A DNA stretch of 62,917 nucleotides, the filler included, from Octopus bimaculoides (Eukaryota), in assembly GCF_001194135.2 (NCBI RefSeq). It is 4 parts of 4 records of this genome, joined end to end, with 100 filler letters (N's around TTAATTAATTAA, not from the genome) between each part and the next. Parts side by side here need not be neighbours in the genome. Positions count along the whole stretch, not along the records: positions 26,996 to 40,907 come from NC_069007.1; positions 41,008 to 46,761 come from NC_068985.1; positions 46,862 to 62,917 come from NC_068993.1; 1 more part is not named here. One strand, given 5' to 3'. The notes under the pieces were generated by a model, which ran no database searches, had not been told where the DNA came from, and was given only the letters and a program-made list of their open reading frames with translations. Position numbers and translations under genes: made by a program. Shown here one piece after another: positions 38,179 through 51,690 of the stretch; the first letter of the stretch is position 1, and each line of letters begins with the position of its first letter.

Positions 38179-38404
38179 TATGAGGAGGTGCTGAAAAGTT
38201 CTTAGCTTTAAGGGTGTTTGTTGCAAAAAGCCTGGTTGGAGGCCAAAACTTTGAGTTCTTTTACAGGGCTTAGAAAAACTGAAGGACTGCTGCAATAAGT
38301 ATGTGAATCTGAGAGGGGGAATATGTTGAATTAAAATCATAATTAACTGATCCTTCTGTGATTTCTTTCACCCAAAGCTAGGAACTTCCCAGCACTTCCT
38401 CGTA
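38179..38404 (+). mobile_element. Non-autonomous mariner-derived element, copy 2
   Basis: TA-bounded TIRs tatgaggaggtgctgaaaagttc / gaacttcccagcacttcctcgta. The interior matches 8800-8910. Confidence 0.8.
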
Positions 38405-38899
38405 TATATTGCTGGTGTCATGAGAATTCATGGACTTTGAGAGAACATGAGATGGTTATTCAAATTGAATGGTGGATCTCAGAGCAGATGTAATGAAGCT
38501 GTAAGTAATCATATGTAAATATTGAGTTAAAATGCTTACAAAATATTTTTTTACTATTTATAGCTTTATGTACTTCAAGATTTGTTGTCCCCTGCCCACC
38601 TCCCACCAAAGAATTATTTCACGTTCTCCTGGAGGTTTATAAAATTCTTATGCTTTCAACAACATACCATTCTATTTGGTAAGAATAAAGTTTCTTAAAA
38701 GGATACAAACATTCGAAGAATTGCTTTGGTACAATGGTACAACTGCAGTCATATTTACAGGAGCTGTGGGTTTGTGTCCTATGGACAGCCATCAACTTTT
38801 TTTTTTTACATCCAAAGGATGTTTTTGTAATCTCGGAAATACAGCAGAATTGCATTCTCCAATCACTACAGAGCTGACATCAGCGGAAGTTTATAAGCC

Positions 38900-39380
38900 T
38901 TAAAACTCACTGTCATTGCCGACAGGTATAAGGTAAAGAAGATTCACTTCGGTCATGAATGACCATGGGATTGTACCTAGAAAGTTCCCTTTCCATGCCA
39001 CTGATGTTATCCAAGAGAAAGGCAAAGACCAATACAGCTTGGCACCAATGATGTCACAACTCATTTCTACAGCTGAGTGAACTGGAGCAACGTGAGACAA
39101 AGTGTTTTGCTCAGGAACACAACACACAGTCCTGTCCAGGAATCGAACTCACGATCATAAGCGCGATGCTCTAACCACTGAGCCATGCACCTTCACAATC
39201 ACGAGGGCAACACCCTAACCATTAAGCTGTGCGCCTTCTCTCAGATATTGTCGGGACTCAGTTACAGCTGAGTGAACTGGAGCAACGTGAAATAAAATGT
39301 CTTGCTCAACAAACACAATACAGAGCCTGGTCCAAGAATCGAACTCACTATCTCGACGCTATAACCACTGAACCATGGCG
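38900..39380 (-). mobile_element. tRNA-headed SINE family D (about 38900-39195) plus a second partial tandem copy (about 39255-39380)
   Basis: The reverse complement reads tggctcagtggttagagcatc...gagttcgattcc...gtgttgtgttcctgagcaaaacactt...gttgctccagttcactcagctgtag. The last block is repeated in the second copy. Confidence 0.75.
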
Positions 39381-40524
39381 TAGTAGATAAAGACGTTGTT
39401 TAATGCAGTGCAGTCATCTAGCGGTTGTGAGTTCAATCCCAAGCAAGGTGAACCACCATACAGCTAAAGAAGGTTGGAGCAGACACAGCTGAAACGTAGT
39501 GAAAACGACAATCAAAGAATGTTGTACTTGGGATTTTCATGTCAGTCTTGAATGATGAACACAAAAAACAAATTGTAAACACTAGAAAAGACAATTCTGC
39601 AGTCATTTATGACAAAATACTTGATTACTAAGGCTCCGTGACTATACTGTCACAATTGCAGAAATATTATACTAAATTCACAGCAGCAAATTTGTGGCTG
39701 CCAATTGGCCATTAAAACAACTGTTGGCATTCTGAATCTGTCCCTGCTGGTGAATGTCTCAATGTTCTGCGCAAATATGCCAGGCAAGTGTGGCGGTGCA
39801 TTTCGCCCAGCCACCTTCGATATTTTGTGAAAAAGCCTGTTTATTTATAAGCCTCGTTAGAAAGGTTCGCATCACACGGTGGCTCGATGCAGGTTGGTCA
39901 GTGAATCAGCCGATCATTTTAAATGGGTGAGACTAAGCCGTGACTCTTACTTGGCGATTCAGTTTCGAATCTGCTACAGGACAGAAACTTGGATAACGTA
40001 CTGAGGAATGGAAAAGAAGTTAGATGTGGATCATTTGCAGAATAAGCTAAACAGACAGGATACCAAATGCAGTGGTAATAGCAAAGCCGAAAAACCAAAG
40101 ACACCTGGAGCGTTGTTGTGACAAAGATTTCGTGTTAGTTTATATACGTTTAGTGCTACATTTCTTTTTTACAAGGCTTCATGAAAATACAGACAGCATC
40201 AATCTTATATGAACATCGTGTTTGACAGTCGTTGGAGGTTTTCAACAGATAACTGATGATCAGGCTAATCTTTCACCTCGCTACAAAAACGAGGGAAAGG
40301 CAAAGACCTCTGATTTGGTATAGAGCTGTTTCTTGTAATACATACCAATACATATATCTAAAGTAAATTTTTTTTCAGGGTCCCATAAAATACTATTGTA
40401 GATCCCTAATTTACTATTTTGTTACATGGCCCTCCAAAAATCTTATATGGATCCCAGTTGCAAACTACTGATCTAATGTCGTATGCATTGCAAATATAAA
40501 TTAAAATTGTTTAAACCTTAAGCA

Positions 40525-40677
40525 AGGTGCAGGAGTGGCCGTGTGGTAAGTAGCTTGCTTACCAACCACATGGTTCCTGGGCCGACCAAAGGCTTGTGAG
40601 TGGATTTGGTAGACGGAAACTGAAAGAAGTCCGTGGTATATATGTATATATATATATATGTATATATATATATACAC

Positions 40678-40711
<34 letters not shown>

Positions 40712-40895
40712 TTGTCCCCCTAGCTTGCTTGACAACCGATGGTGGTGTGTTTACGTCCCCGTAACTTAGCGGTTCGGCTAAAGAGACCGATAGAATAAGT
40801 ACTAGGCTTACAAAGAATAAGTCCTGGGGTCGATTTGCTCGACTAAAGGCGGTGCTCCAGCATGGCCGCAGTCAAATGACTGAAACGAGTAAAAG
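40525..40895 (+). mobile_element. SINE family B, young copy with a deletion in the head
   Basis: gcaggagtggccgtgtggtaagtagcttgcttaccaaccacatggttcc...gtggatttggtagacggaaactgaaagaag-(TA/TG)n-...aggcggtgctccagcatggccgcagtcaaatgactgaaac. Confidence 0.9.
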
Positions 40896-40907
40896 ATAAG
40901 GGACATA

Positions 40908-41007
40908 NNNNNNNNNNNNNNNNNNNNNNNNNNNNNNNNNNNNNNNNNNNNTTAATTAATTAANNNNNNNNNNNNNNNNNNNNNNNNNNNNNNNNNNNNN
41001 NNNNNNN
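40908..41007. other. Scaffold-join linker: 44 N + TTAATTAATTAA + 44 N
   Basis: Same structure as 26896-26995. Confidence 0.9.
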
Positions 41008-41404
41008 CAACACATTTATGCTTTAAGCAAAATATAATGCTCTTCTTTCACATGTGTGTGTGTGAGTGTGTTTGTATTATATATATATAATACAAATAAT
41101 AAATGAGTATATAGCCAAGGTAAGAAAGGAAGTAGGGCTGGACACATGTGATCAGCGAGAGGTAAGGAGAAAGAGTGGTAGAGGGAGAAAAAGGGGAGGA
41201 AGTAGAAGATAGGTGAGCAACGAGAGACAGGGAGGAAGAGAGAGAGAGATAGTAGTAACAGAAGGAAGAACGAGAGGGGGGAGAAAGATACAAAGATAGA
41301 TAGTTCAAAACTTACTTGCAGGGATGACACGTGCGTTTGATCATGTAATACAAATAATAAATGAGTATGTATGCATGTATGTATGTATGTATGTATATAT
41401 TTTG

Positions 41405-41519
41405 TACAAAAATGTTGCTGACAGTGACTTCGAAGTTTTGACCAGCAATCCCATCGTTGGTCTGCAGTTCGACGATAGCTTAGGTGGCAAAATTTCTAAG
41501 TCACTGTCAACAACTTGTA
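41405..41519. mobile_element. TA-flanked hairpin MITE, copy 2
   Basis: tacaaaaatgttgctgacagtgacttcgaagttttg ... caaaatttctaagtcactgtcaacaacttgta. The arms are shared with 26120-26237. Confidence 0.7.
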
Positions 41520-42136
41520 TAAGAATAACAAATTTGCACTTTATAAAAGTATAGAATAACCAATGATATTAATTTAGTACAGAATTTTGTCAGTGAACAG
41601 GTCGCGGTCTGAAAGCGACGAAAATATTTTGACAAATGTTCAAGTGAATCTGACGGCTTTTGTGTGTTATTTTAAATGGCTTATAAACACATTCCATGCT
41701 GCAATTGTTTTCTTTCCAGCACACGATCTCATATCAGGTCACTTGCTATGCAAGTACATCCCCTCAATGTTTTTATTGTAACGGAACATAAAAATAAACA
41801 TTAATATACTTAGCAGCATTTCGTCCGGTTTTACGTTCTGAGTTCAAATTCCACCAAGGTCGACTTTGCATATTATCCTTTCAGTGTCGATAACATAAGT
41901 ACCAGTTCTGCACTATACATACATACATACATACATACACATAATGCCTTCACTTCCGGTGGGGAGGTTGTCTCTCTTTTCAGTACAAAGAACAAGTGCT
42001 TTCGTGGCTATAGAGTCTATGACCTATTTCTAGCAATGCTGGTGCTCTCTGCACCCTTGGTCACTCTTAGTGACAGTGAATTATTTCCTTTTTGATTCTA
42101 AATTGCGTCTAGAAACCTGAATTATTATTGTTATTA

Positions 42137-42167
<31 letters not shown>

Positions 42168-42182
42168 ATGTGTGTGTGTCTC

Positions 42183-42213
<31 letters not shown>

Positions 42214-43907
42214 NNNNNNNNNNNNNNNNNNNNNNNNNNNNNNNNNNNNNNNNNNNNNNNNNNNNNNNNNNNNNNNNNNNNNNNNNNNNNNNNNNNNNNN
42301 NNNNNNNNNNNNNNNNNNNNNNNNNNNNNNNNNNNNNNNNNNNNNNNNNNNNNNNNNNNNNNNNNNNNNNNNNNNNNNNNNNNNNNNNNNNNNNNNNNNN
42401 NNNNNNNNNNNNNNNNNNNNNNNNNNNNNNNNNNNNNNNNNNNNNNNNNNNNNNNNNNTATGTTTTCGTTTCTCATTGTGTTTAACGTTTTTTTTTTTGA
42501 TATCCTGTACCCATATATGCATGTATGTATACATATATATGTAGGTATGTACATATATGTATGGATATATGCATATATTTATATAGTATTTATATATATA
42601 TATATATATGTATGTATGTGTGTGTGTGTGCGTGTGTATGTATACGGGTGATACTGCGGGTCAGGAATGCGACTTCATTTCAGAATTCATTTGTTGCTGT
42701 CATCATTCGTGGACGCTCTTCATAATCTGCAACGCGAATCGAAACCATCTCTCTCTCTTTATTTTTCTATTTATCTTGACATACATATATATGTCTGAAG
42801 ACACACGTAGACATACACATTTACCATAGTGTCTGTACATGCATTAGAATACGTTTTGCAATATGTTCTCAGTTACGTAAAGACGTTAGTGGNNNNNNNN
42901 NNGCAATATGTTCTCAGTTACGTAAAGACGTTAGTGGGTTGTCTGAGGGAAATTTGGCTACTCTGTTTTGCAGGTTGAACTCTCACAGAAACCTTCTTTC
43001 TTGTGTATTACACCAAACTTTCTGGCCCAATACTCTAACAATTCTGTCGATCAACTGTCCTCGACTAGAACTTTAATTATCGATCTTGAAAGGATGAAAG
43101 GCTCACCTAACCCTTCCTGGATTTGAACTAAAAAAACAGAGAGAGGGGATCAATACTACAAGGCATTCTATCTGGCATTCTAAGGATTCTGCCAATTCGC
43201 CTTCATCACGATCTCTCTCTCCTTCTGATACACATGCATGTGAATATACATATGTATATGCGCGCGTGCACACACACACATACGTATGTATGTATGTATG
43301 TATGTATGTATGTATGTATGTATGTATGTATGTATGTACGTAAAAAATGGCTATATATTTATGGATACAAAGGAATTCCAGAGGTAAATCCGGTGGCACA
43401 CACCTCCATACTGTTATTGACATCAGGTAGCCGAATACTGTGGACGGGCTTTAAACAGCTTACTACAAGGCGTATACTTGAATATAAAATTATTAATTAT
43501 ATATATGTATGTGAGCATGAATGTATGTATGTGTGTGCTAACCCAACCATTATTTGTGGAGAGCCCTTTACAAGACCGAAATATCACCGTTATCGGAATT
43601 CAAATCACACACATGTAACGGTGCTGTAGTTTTACATACCCTAACACCAAAACAAACCTTAATAACCAAAGTAAAGTTATTTGTCTGAATAAGAAATATT
43701 CGGATGCGTTACTTTTTCAAATTGTGTCCTCTGCAGTTATTAAAACGATATCTTTTCCCCAGATTTAGCTAAGCATATGCTATTTCCGGCCCTTTCTCAG
43801 CGATTTATTCGGCGATAATATTCTGTTTTTATCGTGCCTATGTGAAATCCCGCGAAATACGCAATTCTCCTGCTTCTTGCGCAATTGATATTTTTATTCC
43901 CTATCTA

Positions 43908-44540
43908 GGGCAGTGAGCTAGCCGAATAAATACTACGCCGGACAAACATTCCTTCCGGCTCCTGAATTCAAATCCTGTCGAGGTGAACTTTGTATTTTTT
44001 TCTCCCTGATGCCCATAAAATAAGCTATCGCCCAATTAATGGGGTCGATGGTACAAACATCTCCACTTCCCCTCGAAATTGCTGACTCTGATTTCAAATT
44101 TTCGCACAAGGCCAGTAATTTCGCAGGCGGGTTAAGTCAATTACATCCACACCAGTGCTCAATCGGCACTTATTTTATCGGCCCCGAGAGGATGAAAGGC
44201 AAAGTGGACCTCGACGGAATTTGAACTCAGAACGTAAAGACGAACGAAATGCCGCTAAGCATTCTGCTCGGCGTGCTAACGATTCTGCTAGCTGACAGCT
44301 TTAACTTTAAGTCTAAAAAGCATTATTTAAGCCACAGTTACGGCAGCGAACTGGAAGAATCGTTAGCATACCGGACAAAATTCTTAGCGGTACTTCGTCC
44401 CTCTTCACATTCTAAGTTCAACTTTGCCATTATTCTTTTCGGTGTCGATGAAATAAGTACTCGTTTAGCACAGGGGTCGATATAATCGACTAGCTTTTCC
44501 TGTACCAATTTCAGACTTTGTGCCTATAGCAGAAAGGATT
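43908..44540. mobile_element. SINE family A cluster: + (about 43908-44035), - (about 44090-44295), + (about 44342-44540)
   Basis: Family A head, B-box and ggatgaaaggcaaag blocks occur in alternating orientation. Confidence 0.8.
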
Positions 44541-44794
44541 ATTTAATCCTCAGCTCAAAACTAGTTGAACAGACTATGATCGTAGGCACTCAAGCCTGCT
44601 GTGCCCATTCATGATTTTAAAGCTATTTGTCTCTGTATTAACTAGCGTGTTGGTCCAAATTTTGAAAATTAGGACAGACAGTGAGATATGAAAGAAATTT
44701 CATATCACAGCAAACAGGTCTGCAAATAGCATATAAACCGGATTGACATCATGTTTACCACCACCACCAACAACACCAGCACCACCACCACCAT

Positions 44795-44831
<37 letters not shown>

Positions 44832-44927
44832 GCTGCTGCTGTTTTTGCTTTGGACACGTAAATATATAACCACATACAGTTTTGTTACAGTACAGAAATT
44901 TGGTTCTTCTCCCTCTCTCTCACACCC

Positions 44928-44983
<56 letters not shown>

Positions 44984-45077
44984 CAAACTTTCCTTATGTA
45001 TGCATATATATTCATATTTATATGATTACATCTCCATACATACTTGTATTTCTACACCTACACATACATTTAAACGC

Positions 45078-45124
<47 letters not shown>

Positions 45125-45289
45125 TGCTTTTATACATACATAAATAATACATACATACTTACATATATGTACATATGTATATACATGCTTTCATACATAC
45201 ATACATCCATACATACATACATACATACATCCGTACATACATACATACATACATACGTACATACATACATACGTACATACATACATACA

Positions 45290-45324
<35 letters not shown>

Positions 45325-46284
45325 GCACACGCACATAAGATATGTTTGTGTGTAAATACATGTAGAAACAGTGGTACATATATGCATATATATGTGTATA
45401 CATATCGCAGATATATATGTACATGTATGTGTACGTGTCTATAAACACGCATATATATATATTATATTTCTAACATGATTGATCTCTTCAGAGTAGGTTT
45501 TCCGATTATATTTCGAATAAATATTGTCTTTAGATGCTCTATTGAGAGTATGTGCAACCAATTATATTTCCATAAAGTACGTACATACATACATGTATAC
45601 GAACATGCGCGCGCGCCCACACACACACAGATATACCCATGCATACATGTATACATGTATATATACATATATACACACATGCATTCATGCGTATGTACAT
45701 ACAAATACAAACACATTAGTACATACACGCACAAACATGCACACACACATACACACACAGACACACACACATACACACACACACACTCACACACACACAC
45801 ATTCAAATTTATCTGCGCGCGTGAAATGTTGATGTAGACCTGAGACAACCTGTTATTAAATACTAGCAATTACAGCTAAATGTGTTGAGTTCTATACGAC
45901 TCACCAAGTCGTATACTTACATACATTTTCATGTGATATATATATACATATACGAGTGTGCGTATATGTTTGTATATGTGCTTGTATATATGATATGTAT
46001 GTGCTTGTGTTTGAGTGCGTGTGTGTGAAAAAATATATATTTATGTGTATGTATATACACTCACGCAAATATATCCACAGTCTTAAAAGTTCTTCTGAGT
46101 GCTCGGCGAATGTCTACTTGTAACTGTTAAACTTGGAGATATGATGGTGATATCAACCCTCTGAGAATCCTTTCCTGAGTGAGTCGATTATAACAGTGAA
46201 CAGTTAGACAACCATCTTTTGATTTTTGTAACCCAATGCTTAATGATCATCTATTGGTGATAATTATGTAGAGTTTTAAACCTG

Positions 46285-46761
46285 CGAGCTGGCAGAATCG
46301 TTAGTACACCGGCCAACATGTTCAGTAGCTTATCTCTTGCTCTTTTCGTTCTGAGTTCAAATTGCACCGTTGTCGATTTTGTCTTTCATTCCTTCGAGCT
46401 CGATGAAATACGTACCAGAAGTGTACAGGCGTCGATGTGATAGACTTCCCCCACTCACCCGGATTTTCTGTCCTTGACAGCATATATCTCTTTTACTTGT
46501 TTCAGTCATTTGACTGTGGCCATGTTGGAGCACCGCCTTTTAGTCGAGCAAATCAACCCCAGGACTTATTCTTTGTAAGCCTAGTACTTATTCTATCGGT
46601 CTCTTTTGTCGAACCGCTAAGTTACGGGGACGTAAACACACCAGCATCGGTTGTCAAGCGATGTTAGGGGGACAAACACATACACACATATAAATATATA
46701 TATACATATATACGACGGGCTTCTTTCAGTTTCCGTCTACCAAATCCACTCACAAGGCTTT
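46285..46761. mobile_element. SINE A (+, about 46285-46460) followed by a young SINE B (-, about 46485-46761) cut at the scaffold join
   Basis: gagctggcagaatcgttag...gagttcaaattg; then cttgtttcagtcatttgactgtggccatgttggagcaccgcc...caaatccactcacaaggcttt. Confidence 0.85.
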
Positions 46762-46861
46762 NNNNNNNNNNNNNNNNNNNNNNNNNNNNNNNNNNNNNNN
46801 NNNNNTTAATTAATTAANNNNNNNNNNNNNNNNNNNNNNNNNNNNNNNNNNNNNNNNNNNN
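46762..46861. other. Scaffold-join linker: 44 N + TTAATTAATTAA + 44 N
   Basis: Same structure as 26896-26995. Confidence 0.9.
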
Positions 46862-46957
46862 GAGATACATCTATATCTATATGGATGTGTGAGTGTGTGT
46901 ATGTATGAGTGTGAAATTATGTATGAGTGTGAAAGTATGTTTGTATGTATGAATGTA

Positions 46958-47010
<53 letters not shown>

Positions 47011-47330
47011 TGTGTATATATATGTGTATATATATATATATATATATGTATATATGCATATATGGACATATATGCAGATATGTGTAGGTAAGTGTGTATA
47101 ATATATCTATAGAGGGGTAGGAGGGCCTAGTATCGATTACATCTGCGACACAAGTTCATAGATATACAGACAAATGAGTAGTTACAATCTGTGACATATC
47201 TGGTTTTCCTCAAGAACATTAGTACGCTGTATAAGTGAATTGATTTCAAGTAAGGATCGAACCAGTTTACTGGCAATATAGAGTAATGTAATGTATCGTT
47301 TCATTTTCGTTTGCTTCTTTGTTATTTATA

Positions 47331-47373
<43 letters not shown>

Positions 47374-47479
47374 GGCTGAAAGATATAGTAATTTAAACAA
47401 CAGTGAATTAAAGTGTGCCGTCACGTTTATGATTTTCTTTTTCAGAAGCAATTACTGACAATAGTAAGATAAATTCAAG

Positions 47480-47880
47480 CTAGAATCGAAACCGCTTTGC
47501 GGTGTTTTAGTGAACATCTACCACCACAAGATCCTGTCTTTGTTACGCTGGAGTGGTTTGTATGCTTCAGTGAAGAGAACTATGCCAGTGAAGAGCAAGC
47601 TTCTGGTGGGGACCCTCACGCTCGAGAGGTTAACGAAAATATGCCAGCTTAATGTGGACCGCCTTTGTTCAGATGTAAAAATAAGCTTACGTAGGGACAC
47701 CGTCCCTACCTAGAACAACCAAAGTTACAGAAGCATTAATGACAATTAAAACCAACAAAATCTAGGAGAGGAAGGTCTTCCCTCAGGGACAGATATGCTA
47801 CGCCTTAACGACAGTTCTGAGTCGAGAATACTGAAGAACGTTTGTAAGTAGGTTATGCTTCATGGGGGACGAAGGACTTA
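47480..47880 (+). mobile_element. Decayed RTE-like LINE RT-domain-0 fragment
   Basis: TKVTEALMTIKTNK followed across a frameshift by GEEGLPS resembles EV..AI..LK.NK.PG.DG.P. Confidence 0.45.
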
Positions 47881-47949
47881 AGCACGTAAAGCGATTTACT
47901 GGTTGAATATATCATCTTATGATACGACCCTCCCGACCATTCTTGTTGA

Positions 47950-48138
47950 AGCTACTGCTGCTGCTACTGCATCATCTTCACCTTCATCATTATCATCATC
48001 ATCATCGTCGTCGTCGTCGTCGTCGTCATCTTCATCATTAACAGCAGTAGCAGCAACAGTAGCAGCAGTAGTAGGATTAGTAGGATGCACATGATACTTT
48101 CACCACAGTGCAGCAGCAGCAGCAACCGCAGTAGTGGC

Positions 48139-48182
<44 letters not shown>

Positions 48183-48498
48183 CAGCAGCAGCAGCAGTTC
48201 TAGATGTTGTTGTTGTTGTTGTGGTGGTGGTGGTGGTGGTGATTGGAAAAAACAGAGACGTATCATTTAATTGAAAAGAAAACCTATTTGAAAAGCCCCA
48301 GTGCCTGAAAAATAAAATCAAAAAGACAAACGTAAGTAAAAATAAAAGAAAAAAATAGGAAACATGACTACAAAACAGAATCACAATAACTGTATGTCTA
48401 CACAGAGACACACAGACACAAACGTGAGACACATGTATGTATATATATATATTTCTGGGGAAAAAAACCCATTCCACACGAAAAATATAAAAGATCTA

Positions 48499-48532
<34 letters not shown>

Positions 48533-48785
48533 CCTATTGAAAAATACTAATAATGATGATAATAAAAATACTAGCATAAACAACACGACCACCACAACCA
48601 CTACTATTACTACTACTAACACAACCGCCAACAACAACAACAACAACAGCAACAACAACAACAGCAACAACAACAACAGCAGCATCAGCAGCAACAATGA
48701 GAACAACAAGCAAAATAATAACGATGTTGATGATGATGATACCGCTGATGATGGTGGTTATGCTGTTGCTGCTGCTGCTGTTGAC

Positions 48786-48818
<33 letters not shown>

Positions 48819-48833
48819 AATAATAATAATAAC

Positions 48834-48868
<35 letters not shown>

Positions 48869-48944
48869 TGATGATAATAATGATAATAATAATAATAATA
48901 ATAATAATGATAATAATAATAACGATAATGATAAAAATAATAAT

Positions 48945-49016
<72 letters not shown>

Positions 49017-49020
49017 AATT
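47950..49020. repeat. Compound trinucleotide microsatellite field (CAT/CGT/CAG/TAG/GTT/GTG/AAC/GAT/AAT) with an internal (TG)n
   Basis: Seen directly. It produces the poly-S/L/T/N/D ORFs in the track. Confidence 0.95.
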
Positions 49021-50849
49021 TCGTCGATTCTTGCATTTCACTTCACCTCCGCTCTACACCACAACGTTAAATGGTGTTATATTTATACACTTGTTGATGT
49101 TCTTTCTTCAAACACAATAGGAAAGATTCTAACGTATTGAAAGCCTTCATGCAAATATATTCAGTGAAGACGAAACAAAGTTCAATAAAAATGTCTGCTG
49201 CAGGTTTTACAAGTGCTTCCCCAGTTTGTAAAGAGGCGTAAAATAAAAATAGGTCACACGTGTTTCTGTTTTTTTATGATTATTATTATTATTTTCGTTA
49301 TGTTCATATTCATTCATAGTGATGCACTAGCACACATACGTATATATAAGTATTACATACATACACACACACACACACACATATAAGTATGTGTTTATAT
49401 GCACACAACACAGACATATTCGTATATGAATGTATGTATGTATGCATGAGTGTATTCAGAATATCTGTAAATATATCTTTATGTTGTAGTAATAGTGTTC
49501 GATGAATTATACTGAGCCGTAATAATAAGGTAATCTAATAGCCATGTAAGAATATACATGCATAAATTGCAATTATTACAACGACAATTGTATAGTTTCC
49601 CCTTTGAAGTTATATTCCATTGTATTATGGGATTGCTTTCACCTCTGTATTTTAGACCAAATATATTTCGATAATGAGGAAGAATTGATCTTGATTCGAT
49701 ATTTGAACGAATGAGAATGTTGCATATGTTATGTTTTAAAAGCGGTTTCAGTTAGTATTCTATGCAATATATGAGTGACTGACAATCCGAAAATGTTAAC
49801 TTTAGTGGTAAGTACCAACATTAATAGAATTTCTTTTCCTCTTGTTAGCACGCAATAAATTTAAATTGCAATCTTTGAAACATAGTTCTGTGTCGGTGAG
49901 GTTCTAATTACAAACTAATTGGAAATATAACTGATATTCTAGGTTTACTATACGTACGTCTTATCGTACATTGCTTTATCCGCGTTGGTTGTTTTGTGCT
50001 GTTTTTTTAAACACTTTCTTTCTCTTTCACATTACATAATGAATATTTATAGGAACGTCTCCGGGATTTCACCTCTGGACTCCAGCTTTGATCTAAACCT
50101 CAGAACTCTACCTGTATTACATTAGATAACTTTTACTGCTTTTGACACAGGCGCAATCTCCCGCGAAGATACTAGTCTTTTCTGTGACTGTTTCTTTGTA
50201 ATTTCCTTACCCGTTTGTTTCTCCTTCTCCCTAACTTGTCCCTTCTTTTATTCCCTTAATTCACTCATTTTTCTCTTTCTTTTTTCTACTTTTCTTCTTT
50301 TGTATAACTCTATTTTTTGCACACACACACACCTTTATTCTCTCTCTTTCTATATATATATATATATATAGACATATATAGATACATGCGTATGTATATG
50401 CGTGTATGAATATCTGCACGTGTGGATAGATATATAGGTAAACAGACAGACGGATAGACAGACAGATAATTAGATAGATAGATAGATAGTTTTGCTTGGT
50501 ACGTGAAGCCAACAATGTACTTGATCTATATGCATTTCGAAAAACCAAAAATGCTTATATTTGCTTCATTTTTGTCAATTTAAAAACAGTCACGTGAGGT
50601 AATATGGTTCTGTACAACCTAAATCTCTCTTTAGTTACGGTTATCTTATACTTAAGTTGTCGATATTTATGCTCAATTGAATTGTGTTGAATGATTATAA
50701 AATTACGTGGATATCTATTGTTTAATATATTCAAGCTGGGCTACAAAGTAATTTTCGCTTTACAGCTCGTTAGCAAGCAATTTTCATATCAAAGGCAGGT
50801 TCTATATTGTTTAACATCGTTCACATCTGTGCAATCACGTTGTTACACA

Positions 50850-51690
50850 GAAGGATGGAAACGCATAACCAATATGAAAATTTGCTTCAATGGGAGACTT
50901 TTCAACCGCAGAAGCATTCAGATCACTAAGAAACTCAGCTCTTAACAGATCATTGGGTTACAATATGCTTATACTTGTGGCGTGCAGACTCACATATTAG
51001 AAGCCTTTAGGGCTTTCATCTAAGCAGCTAATTCAGTTTCTAATGGAATGAGTTTGAGACTCAGCGCCAAAGAAGCTATGGTCATTTCTCAATGACACGC
51101 TGCACGGATCCTCTTTTCTATACAGGTATCCAGGTAGCATCATTTCCTATAATAGCTCAATGGACAAAAAGAATATAAACTAACAGAGATAAACCTCGGT
51201 TAACTTTGGAAGATTCAGAAAGAGACATTTTCAATATCATTCGTCATACCGTTGCCTACGTATACCAAGCAGCCTGTGTTTCTTATACCCTGTAAGAGTG
51301 ACACATATGGTACAAGTACAATCGACACATATAATGTTTCCAGATGATTCTTTCACTCACCAGGAGAGAAAGAGGACTATTTGTTTACTTCAACAAAAAC
51401 GTACGCTGTCAAACCAATTGCAGTAGTCTTGAATTCACACTGTATAGATATCACCTGAGTCGGCTCGGACATGTAGAGTGCATGTGTGATTCATCACGCT
51501 CTCTCGTATGATTATGTACAACCCACTACACCATAGCCAATACCTGGTTTGATGACCAAAAGCGTAGTTCGAAAACCAACTAAAGTCTGTTTTGGAAAGA
51601 AGCAACCGTAATTCTTTAAAAGCGGCAGACGTCATTACCAGTAATGTTGAAGAAGCAACGCATTCGCTATTACAAGAGTGGCGTCAGCTT
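50850..51690 (+). mobile_element. Decayed RTE (BovB-like) LINE RT C-terminal region
   Basis: FNGRLFNRRSIQITKK; YPGSIISYNSSMDK; NFGRFRKR; RLGHVECMCD; EWRQLC occur in the expected RTE motif order, with many stops and frameshifts. Confidence 0.65.

Noticed and set aside
39600-40480. Possible hAT transposon remnant (end resembles gttg..aaccactg)
   Set aside because: No matching left TIR, 8-bp TSD or convincing transposase motif was found, so it is left unassigned.
42858-42937. 35-bp direct repeat either side of a 10-N gap
   Set aside because: Typical unmerged contig overlap. The same pattern appears at 17060-17110.
48501-49070. 189-aa N/D/T-rich ORF
   Set aside because: Entirely within the compound trinucleotide field. 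It begins in a (TG)n tract and has no domain content.
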